Of a stretch of DNA of 32,822 bases, positions 24,405 through 32,822 are shown piece by piece. The number at the start of each line of letters is the position of its first letter. Positions within the stretch are counted from its first letter, which is position 1. Under the pieces are notes generated by a model. That model was not told where the DNA came from, did not search any database, and was given only the letters and a program-made list of their open reading frames with translations. This DNA comes from Klebsormidium nitens (Eukaryota; Plantae; Klebsormidiophyceae), in the NCBI GenBank assembly GCA_000708835.1, contig DF237735.1, positions 1-32,822 of the forward strand. The letters run 5' to 3'. Made by a program: the position numbers and the translations under genes.

Positions 24405-24947
24405 TAAGCTGAGGGCTTGCAGCTTAAAAAGGTTATACATATCAAACGGAAGCCGTAGGCTAACTTAATTGCGTTTTTCCAGACCTTGCAGAATTTTACG
24501 ATCAACATATTGCCGTTCAAGGTAGATTGGACATTCGTGTGCGCGTTCTAAATATTGTATCATTTCTCCTTGTTGCTTGCAGTTTCTGCTCAATTCGCAA
24601 CTTGACTTCAACGTCATGCCTTCAAGGTCTCTCATCGGATATCCACTGACGGATTTATCCATTGAAGGTCCTGATGACGCCGGAAAGGTATAGGGATGCA
24701 GCGCTATCAAGTTTCAATTGCAAGTACAGCTGTTTGCAATTGCCCAAGATCTGCTACTCAGAATCATAAGCTCTCAGAAGCATGAAGCAACGACCAAGCC
24801 CTAGCGCTCTTCTTATGCACCACATAGGCGCTAAAAACATTTAGCTTTTTGGCGCGATCTACTCAAATACGTCAGCTGGGTTGTGTCCTCAGGTCGATCA
24901 GAAAGGCCGAGGCTTGACGGTCTGATGACAACCGCTTCGTTGAGATG

Positions 24948-24977
24948 TCTTCCACAAGCATCTCTTCCACAAGCATC
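24948..24977. repeat. 15-bp perfect tandem duplication
   Basis: tcttccacaagcatc x2, just 3' of the 24989 stop codon. Confidence 0.9.
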
Positions 24978-24988
24978 AAGCAGTCGTC

Positions 24989-25539
24989 TCATGCATCCGC
25001 TCTTGTCAGGTCATTCGATTGGATGAATCCATCAAGAGGTTCCTCAAGGAAAGTTTCGACAAGGTTCATCACGACTGTGATGGTCGAGCTGCGGAGGCGG
25101 ATTCCGAGGTTCAGCGATGGGTAGTGGCCTGCCGAGTTCCGCCAAAGTAAGGGTTCTGACTTTTCTTGACTCACTGTTGGAAGCTACAGGTGTCAAGACT
25201 GTCGAGTGAGTTTAAGACTCGTCTGGCGCCTGTATCTTATTGGCGCCAGATCTTAATGTTCAGCACTAGCTGAAGCTGCAGTGCAAGGCGGAGCTGGACC
25301 TTTGGTATTACAAAGGCTTCACCGGACCGACCGTACCGGAAGTCTTTTGAAAGCAGTTTTCTCGAACATGAAGCCGATAGCGCTGTTAGCTGGGTCCCTG
25401 CTTTGGTCGTAGAAAACCGCCAGGAGGCGATCGGATGGGTTCTCGAACCTGTTCTGACAAGCTCTTGGCGCATTTCAGGGAAGGCTTCATCGCGCCCCAA
25501 ACGAAGGACCAGTTTGTAGACACGGTGAGAAGCGAGCAT
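24989..25539 (-). CDS. Hypothetical protein (2 exons, ~144 aa)
   Basis: Exon 25539-25300 (AAG|GTCCAG, phase 0) joins CCTGTAG|CTT exon 25183-24989 in frame, merging two ORFs of the ORF track. Confidence 0.5.
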
Positions 25540-25650
25540 CTTTCCTCACCCTATCTACGAGTATAAAATCAAGCGGAAGAAGACCGCTTGTCCTTCCTGG
25601 CCTCTTAGAAAGGGCAAGATAGATCGACTAGTGCCCCATGAGCAGACTCA
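25540..25650. promoter_or_regulatory. Putative compact bidirectional promoter
   Basis: 111-bp spacer between two divergent predicted start codons. It contains TATAAAA (~25563-25569) and a 6-bp stem aagcgg/ccgctt. Confidence 0.35.
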
Positions 25651-26360
25651 ATGAAAACGTGCTTACCCTCAGATGTAGCAGATCCTGCCACGTTCTTCGC
25701 TTACTTAGCGAGCTTTGCAACCTGTCAACCTGGGGCTCAGGGACACAGACCTCTCAAGCGACTTACTGCAAAAACACAGTGCCCTCGGAAGAAGGTTTCT
25801 GGTAGGCTTGCTCTCTGCTTAGTGCCAGCCGTATTCATGTACGTAGTCACCCCTACTACTGCCATCAAAAGTAAGCCCGCTTTCGTTCTTCAAGACTTCG
25901 GCCTTTTTCCTCACAGTGCCTCGCCGACATCACGCTGGGCGTCAATCCCGGCTGCTACTTTCGCCTCTACACGGCTTTGGTAAAGCTCGGCTTTCCCCCG
26001 TTTCAAGCGCGGGTTGATGAAGTAATCCAACGGATGTGGGCTTTCAACCTTAATTATTACGGGTGGTGTTTCCGAAAGTTGCCACCTAGACGAATCCAGA
26101 TCCTTAAGACGAGGCTTGTCGCCTCCTCCTGCGGGCCTGAGACGGTGGCTAAGGACTACTTTAAGAAGGTTGTAGCAGACGACCAGAGGAATAGGAGATT
26201 GGCAGCGGAAGCTCGAGAGAATGCTGCGAGGAGAAAGAACGAGTGGGCTGGCTTCTACCGCTTCGTCAGGTTTGCGGCTGTTCTCGGGGCCGTGGTTGCT
26301 CGGGGTCCCTTCGAGCCGCATACAACGCTGGCAATGTTAGGGGGTGCACTGTCCGTGTAA
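25651..26360 (+). CDS. Hypothetical protein (2 exons, ~195 aa) with hydrophobic C-terminus
   Basis: A strong acceptor CTTTTTCCTCACAG at 25916 opens exon 25917-26360 (CLADITLGVNPGCYFRLYTALVKLGF...FAAVLGAVVARG...LAMLGGALSV*). It joins in frame to 25651-25794 through AAG|GTTTCT. The first exon is less certain. Confidence 0.55.
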
Positions 26361-27459
26361 GGGCAAGCATTGAAGGCTAGGTAGAAAGAAGCGAAGGCGC
26401 TTCAAGCAGTTTCGCTGGTAACCCGCTAGCGTTCCGACAAACATTTGGACGCAACGAGCAGTCCGCCAGAATCAAAAATACGCCCGTGTGCTGATCGAGA
26501 GCCGCAGCGCAGCCTGAAGCGCAGAGTCTTAGTAGGACGGATCTGCCGTAGCAACGTTCCGTTAGTTCCTTTCGTGCAAGAGTCCGTACAGGGTATTCCA
26601 TTGATTCCCTTCCGGTTGGCATCTCGGTAGATTGATTGGAGTCTCGTACTCAAACAATTTCACCCCGAATTAATCTCGAAAAATGGTACGTGCCAAAGCA
26701 ATTCGGGCGCTGCTAGCTGGTGTGCCGTAATCATCTCGTACGGCCATGATCTTGCGCCAGAAGTGGTGCGTTCGAATCTCTGACGTATTTTTGAACCAAA
26801 CACGTTGAAGTCAAGCTTTCGTCACAGAAGTTTCTAGCCTTTGATCATCATCTCTAATGGGCTTACGATGGATTCGCGCCTTTCATTGATGTATGTCTTG
26901 AAGATGCAGAGTTGACAGGTCTCAAAAATATTTGGAGACTTCTTTCTAAACAGTGGATAAGCCGCAGCTGGTGAATCCAGCATCGGGCCTAATCATGAAT
27001 AAACGATTCTCAGACAGTGCACTAACTTAGCTCAAATCTAAGCCGTTTAGCTAGAAAGCCCCACCGCTCTGAGGTGCGGCGGCTTAATTCGACGGTTTTT
27101 GGAGATTTTCGCCGCTTGTCCGTCTCCTAAAAGCAGCCCTGAGTCGGCTTTTATGAAAATCGAGCTTGCATTGGGTGCATCCCGAAGCTTGACCGGCGGG
27201 TAATCAGCCGAGGATTCTGCACAAAGTAGAATAACGGCACTGAAATTCTTCGCTCTTCGTATGGCTTGAAGCTTTCTCCCTCTGAAAGAGACTGGAGCTC
27301 TGCTAGTTCTGCTCTGTTTGAAGAAAAGGCAGGCAGTGAGTCAAGCGCCAGTCGTGTACGCTAAGTCAGGAAGTAGTACTTGAGTCTTTGAACCTCGAAA
27401 GGGAGAGGACTGGCTGGCATGCAGTCGCTGAGATCAAAGATGAAGTAATTCTTCGTAGC

Positions 27460-28272
27460 TCAGCCTAAAGAAGATGAGAGAAAGAGTATATGGGGTCTTA
27501 CCAGGTCTGGCCGTCTGACGAGCCGCATTTGGCGGGCCGCGCTTCCGTTTCAGGTGGCCCCTGACTTGGGCCACGAAGAGTGCTTCGCCCAACCACAATC
27601 GTTCTGCCGTCTTTGTAACATGTTTTGCCACTGCTCTTCTGGCTGTCAGTATGCTCTTGACGAGTATAGCCCTGTTCTGAGCAATCTGATCGGCAGCCTG
27701 GAATCCTGGCGACACCTGGCCAGCTTCACCCAAATCTTCAGAACCGAATGAAGAAAGTACCTGTTCACGAAAGCCGGGCACAGCGTGAGCGACGCAACTC
27801 AAACTGTTCCGAGTCTGTTACTTCCAAATGGCGCTTTCTGATTTGGTAAGCTAGCCTCAACCACTGAGTCATTTGCTGTGGACCGGCGGCGCGCATTTGG
27901 AAGTTTGTTGCTTGATGCTTCTCATGACTGTCACATTATAGAGTCTGAAACGGAGAATCGTAAAGTGCAAGCCGTGACCAGACATAAACGGTAAGCTGAA
28001 AATGGTTTGCTCTTGAAAGTGTTAATGAGCACTGGCATGCCAGAACAGCTAGTGTGCCTGCCAGGAATCTGCCAACAGACTTCTTTTATTATGCCAGATG
28101 TCAGCTCTGAGAGTAGCCCTGTTTCTCCACTCACCGCCTGAATATGCCTCTCGTTGGTTGGCTGGTTTGTCGAAAGCGCACTGCTTGCAGCCTCGTATTC
28201 CGGCCCACGTCGATCTCGGCGACTCATCATGTCGGCCGCCGACTTTGTCTTGCGAACGAGCGCTGGGAGCAT
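27460..28272 (-). CDS. Hypothetical protein, multi-exon
   Basis: Two protein-like ORFs (28272-27931 and 27802-27434) lie on the same strand. There is a donor CCTG|GTAAGA at 27501 and an acceptor TCTTCTTTAG at 27465, giving ...TARPG*. The junction between the two ORFs is ambiguous. Confidence 0.45.
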
Positions 28273-28816
28273 TCTCGTTACCCTGCAACCGCAAGCTGGA
28301 GCTCGCGAGGCAGTGGGAAATCGTTACCGGTTTTTGCAGAAGGATCTAGCTGGGGCGAGCAGAAGTTCTTAGCAATGACAGTTAAACATGGTGGTGGGGA
28401 CGAGGGATGAAAAGCTGCCGCTCGAAGTAGCTCGTGTGCTCCGGTTTTGCAAGCGAAAGCTGAGATTTTAAGGCACTGTCGAGGTGCGCGAGAACGTATT
28501 CACGGAACCTGGATTACCTCTTGCCAGTGGCAGTCGGCTATTTTAGCTTCTCAGGGCCGACGGTCAATATACTAGTCCCGGCTCTAAAAACACGCGTTGA
28601 CTGTCACATCGTCCCAGTAAGGGCTGGGCTGACAAGTATACAGCGTGTAAGCTGCGAGCGCATTTTCTCGAAGCGTGTTTTGGGGTTGACCAGTTCGATC
28701 AGGATGACTCATTCTATATTCTATATTCTAGCTAGTTGCCCGGCCCATGCATCGGCACTGTGCATAATGACTGCGCTGACGCCGACGGTCCACCTTCACA
28801 CAATCACACCGGGCGT

Positions 28817-29140
28817 TTAAGGCGGCCTTGTAGGACCGATCCGGCCGACCGGCCGTCGGCGGGCCCAGATCACCCGGACGGACCGGTCACAGGCCGAATC
28901 TGAACTCGGAGTCGTACGGTAGTCCGACGGTCCGGCTCGGTACGTACATGCACCGATCGGAAGTGTCGGAAGAGCTCGGCCGGCGGCCGGAATGAACTCC
29001 GTTAAACCGGGGACCGGAGTCACCGGACCCGGGAGGCCCTACTACTAAGAGCAGTGGGCGCGCGCGGCCGCACCGTGAGCGCCGCCGGCCGATCAATCAT
29101 ATCGGACTCGGCCCGGGCGCAGACTGGCCGCCGGGTACAA
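28817..29140. other. GC/CpG-rich, palindrome-dense non-coding patch between divergent genes
   Basis: Very high density of CCGG/CGGCCG/GGCC/GATC/GTAC and longer palindromes (gcggccgc, cgatcg, tacgta, accggt). The ORFs here are low-complexity artefacts. Confidence 0.5.
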
Positions 29141-29662
29141 AGTTCTAACAGTGGATTATTGTGCTGCCAGTGACCGAACCTGGCGCCTGGCTTGTGCATC
29201 AGGAGCTTCGGCGCGAGCGGTGGTCGTTTCAGCTTTCTGTAGTAGAGTCAGCACTTGTACTGACGTTGACTGAATTTGATAGGGCAGGGGCGCCCGGGGG
29301 GCCGCGCGCCGGCCGGTCATGTGAAACTGGTGGACACAATTCTGGTCTGCCGGCGCAGGAACCAATGAAAGCCTATTTGGAAGAACCTCAAAAGTTTAAA
29401 GCATTCAAGCCCTTATTTTGCTTCCAAACAATATGTGATTCTCAAGCAGATTCAGAACCAGCGAGATCGATCAGACCTCTCAGTGGTCACTGAGATTGAA
29501 GCTTTCCTGGCATTCCGGGCCGCACGCTGGCGATAGCCCCCGCCGCTGCGCTGCAGTGCATGCCGCAAGGGTTGGACACCGCGCAATATATGCAAGCTGG
29601 CAAGCGCTGCTTCCGACTGCTTACTTTTCAAACTTGAGTAGCCTGTCTGGCGCGGGGTGAAG

Positions 29663-30187
29663 ATGGCCAAAGATGCCGGAAAAGTAGCCCTTGTATCGGT
29701 GATGTTCAGTCCGTTTCGAAAAGAAGGAGACTCGTCGACGTCCAGATATCCTGTGGTTTGGGATCTCATCGGATTGTGTGCCGGACTTGGAGCGGTGGCG
29801 TACTTTCAAGTGCAGAAAGCGTGGTCGGCGCAAGCCATCGCACTGGTGTATCTTAAAGAGGAGACTTCGCGGCTCGAGGATATGCACATAACAGAGGACA
29901 AAGTGACCCGAGATGTGAAAGTCATCGATGCAAGGAAACGTGTGGCAGAGACAATGGGCAACCAGGCTGACGTCATATTCCAGGGCGCGCTCCTTGCCGC
30001 AGCGGAAACGGAATCTTTGAAGGCGGAAGTTGCGGCACGGGACCAGTATCTGATGGTCAAAGAGGCGGTCAGGATATTTCAGAAGCGATATGGGAACGCA
30101 GAGCCAGGGTTCGTTGCATTCATGCAAGATTTCCAGCGCACCGAACGGGTAGAGACGCTGAGACAAGTCACCAGAGTAATAAGGTAA
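29663..30187 (+). CDS. Hypothetical single-pass membrane protein with coiled-coil-like region
   Basis: ORF with a hydrophobic stretch VVWDLIGLCAGLGAVAYF followed by a charged helical region. A possible donor AAG|GTAAAG at 30183 means the C-terminus may continue in another exon. Confidence 0.55.
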   Translation: MAKDAGKVALVSVMFSPFRKEGDSSTSRYPVVWDLIGLCAGLGAVAYFQVQKAWSAQAIALVYLKEETSRLEDMHITEDKVTRDVKVIDARKRVAETMGNQADVIFQGALLAAAETESLKAEVAARDQYLMVKEAVRIFQKRYGNAEPGFVAFMQDFQRTERVETLRQVTRVIR

Positions 30188-30305
30188 AGCGACAACCAAG
30201 CTTTTCCTCGCGGTTTAGAGAACGCACCTGAACTATACTCAGAATGGTCGAATCCAGTCATATTTGTGCTTACCTCCTTTCATCTACTTTAATGTGTATG
30301 GCACG

Positions 30306-31958
30306 TCAAGATGATAAGTTGGGAGGCAACCAAGCTGCAGGATGCCTCTCGAAGCAGCAAAGCTTGGCCACCCCGGTGAGCCGCAGGTCGAAGTTCGTCT
30401 TGTCTCGCGCTGAGTAGGTGTGCAACACTTTGAACGTAACAGTCTGCATGGTTGGACTCAACATGATGGATTCTTCCTGATCAACCTCCCCATTCTTCTC
30501 TGCCAGGATGATAGCCCGTGAGCAGTACGGCAACGCCATCGGTGCAGAAGGAAATGCGGCCTTAAACGTGAAGTAGCGGGTTTTGTTGGAGTCGACCTGG
30601 ATAGCTAGCCTTCTTACAATAATCCATGTCGGCAAACTTTAATAAGGCTTGTAAAGCAAAAATGGAACACTTCCCGTCTCACTTATAGGCAGCGTTTCAG
30701 TTAGTAGGAAAGGACGCTCCTTTTGCTGAAAAGCTCACGGACTTTCAAAGATTCTCAATAATCGACTCGGAGTTACGTTTTCAGTCCTGAAGTCATCCAC
30801 AGTCGAAGCTTCCATATGCCCCATCAAGATCTCAACTGAAAAAGTAATTTTGTGCTGTTGATAGCCCAGAGTGCCCTCCCGATTACCGGAAGGCTGATGA
30901 TCGGACATTATATTCATATGCATGCGCTTTCCGTGCAACTACTCTAACACAGAGAAACCCACGCACTACCTGGACTTCAAAGCATGATGCAATTGCAGCT
31001 CGGAGGTGGTTGCACCTTTCGTAGAGGGTGTCGAATCACAAGCTTTCGTGACCAGACGCGAATCAGTGAAACGACTGTCACGTAGTAGGTTAACATTCAT
31101 AACCCTCAGATCCTTGTTCTCCTGCATATATTCGGCGGAGTTGAGAAGCTCCAAACTACAAAGTTCTTGAGCTAAGCGAATTAATCATGTAGCTGATTGT
31201 CCGCTGGGCGACAAGTTTGGAGTTCCTGAGATTTTGGTATGCCATCGAAACCTGGTGCAACATTGGGTGGCTGCTATCGGAAGCTTTTCAAGCGCCCGTT
31301 GATAAACATTTGTCAGATCAGCCCGCAATGATTTTGACGTAGGAGCAAGCTTCTCAAATTTTGTTACGAGTCACCCGGCGGTTGGCTAAGCCGTCCTGGG
31401 ATGAGTGCGCGAGGTCCAAGGAACATCAGTAGAGGCGTGCCGGAATGATTAACCACAGTCACCATTCTGCCGTGCAGCTTTGTAAGGAGCTGCTCGCTTC
31501 CACAACCTACTTTTCCTAATCAAGGAAGAGCGCCCGGCATTGAGGCCCTGCTGTTGAGCCGCCTCGCGCCACTCGCTTGAACGGAATTACTGGTAACTTC
31601 AAGCTGTTTCAGCTAGTTTCCGGCAGCGGGCAAGTTTTCTTGGTCAAACTTTGGCTCCAGACACTCGTTTCGAAGCAATAGTTGTTATTCAAACCGCTTA
31701 GGGCGTTTCACTGGTCTGTGTCCTGTCAGCACTAGCCCTCTACGCATCAACAACTGAGGGATCGACTTCTGCAGAGGACCAGAGGACCTGGCTGCTTCGG
31801 GTCCTTCTAGTTACCGAGTCCTTTGGTCTACAAAAAGCGTTTGTAAGGAACAGGTTCTGGGCGCATATTTGCAGACCATGCAGTGGTGTCCGGATGCGGA
31901 TAGGAGGGTTCTTGAAAACCACGCCATGCCTTGGAACTTGAGTGAACGTGGCATTCAT
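30306..31958 (-). CDS. Hypothetical protein, multi-exon; 5' part uncertain
   Basis: In-frame GT-AG chain: an exon ending 31252, then 31155-31016, 30835-30777 and 30596-30306, giving ...LELLNSAEYMQENKDLRVMNV...STKVEILMGHMEASTVDDFRTENVDSNKTRYFTFKAAFP...PPNLSS*. ORF 31958-31740 is a candidate upstream exon. No family recognised. Confidence 0.45.
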
Positions 31959-32822
31959 TATCCACGTAGCTTGTGAAGCCGGTTCAATCTTCTGCAGATT
32001 GTTGGACTCCGTGCTTGTTTAGTTGCGCAAAATTTGGTACTTCGGGAACTCTGTACGAGAGCTGCAGGTAATCATACGCATTCGAATGGGCAATTGCATG
32101 GCCCCTTGCACGAAGCAGCCTGACTACTAGAAGCTTGGGATCCCGCCGTTTAGTAGCCCGAGTAGATTTATTGACGAGCTCCTAAGCTACCTGCTGTCTC
32201 GAAATCCCCTCCCCGAGATACATCGAGCTCGATCTTTCTGGTGGCCCATCAACATATGTATCCAAACACTTGCAACTTCAGTGTCAGTGAGGCAAAACAA
32301 TCAATCCTTGTCTGCTTTTAAACTGCCTGCATCTGTGCGGCAAAGTGAGCGGCAGAAAGACCATGTGCGTCAATGAAGCCTCCGTATCGACATCCATTTT
32401 CTAAGATTGCCAACATTTTATTCTGCAGTACACGCGCTGCCACTACAGTTATACTCGCTGGTACCGCTCGAGAAGTACATTGAAGTGCAGCTACTTATGT
32501 CATGGAACGTGACGAGATTGTGATGCCAAATCCTAAGCACATGTGCAGGAACGACTCGAAGTCGTTGAGAGGCTCCAGCTCGAGTTCACGCTCTCCGCTT
32601 TGTGAACGAAGATACCGGCTGCAAACAGAAGAACAAGACATCCGTCACCGTTACTCATCTCTCCGACCCTTGTTCGCGCAATCGTAAGTGTCATGCGAAT
32701 TTTGCTGAAAGGAAAAGGAGCTAATAAAGCTTAGAGAACAGTGAATTTCATTTGAGAAAGCAAAGCGAAGCGCCTTCGAGATAGATACTTCAAAATGCTC
32801 CAATCAGGATCTAAGCGAGACT

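Noticed and set aside
26740-26790. GTTCGAATC resembling a tRNA T-loop
   Set aside because: The flanks do not pair into a T-stem and no cloverleaf can be built.
3160-27110. Shared 11-mer tttttggagat between CHRD intron 6 (~3165, reverse) and ~27097
   Set aside because: Too short, and similarity of the flanks is weak, so it cannot support a dispersed repeat without a search.
29621-30199. 192-aa minus-strand ORF
   Set aside because: It is the antisense shadow of the more protein-like plus-strand ORF 29663-30187.
1-32822. CRISPR arrays, rRNA, integrase/transposase/reverse transcriptase genes, prokaryotic operons
   Set aside because: No regularly spaced repeat-spacer array, no rRNA-like conserved segments and no DDE/RT motifs were seen. 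The genes are intron-containing eukaryotic genes.

Overview
Eukaryotic nuclear DNA, roughly 50% GC by eye, with GT-AG spliceosomal introns of about 80-1100 bp. The intron style and plant-type TraB gene fit a streptophyte green alga such as Klebsormidium (inference only). Three spliced genes are recognisable. (1) An 8-exon minus-strand gene (8242->1965, 511 aa) for a signal-peptide-bearing, heavily N-glycosylatable protein made only of four CHRD domains, built as an (A-B)x2 internal duplication. (2) A minus-strand TraB/PrgY/GumN (TRABD-like) gene (14458->9876). (3) A divergently oriented SVIP-like p97/Cdc48 adaptor (15809->17826) with an exact VIM motif. From about 20.4 kb to the end lies a run of small orphan genes with few introns on alternating strands that I cannot assign to families. 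There are also several short tandem duplications, a dead duplicate of a CHRD splice acceptor, a 99-bp hairpin and two GC-rich palindrome-dense patches. I found no rRNA, tRNA, CRISPR array or intact transposase/reverse transcriptase. All gene models were spliced by hand and are unverified by transcripts.
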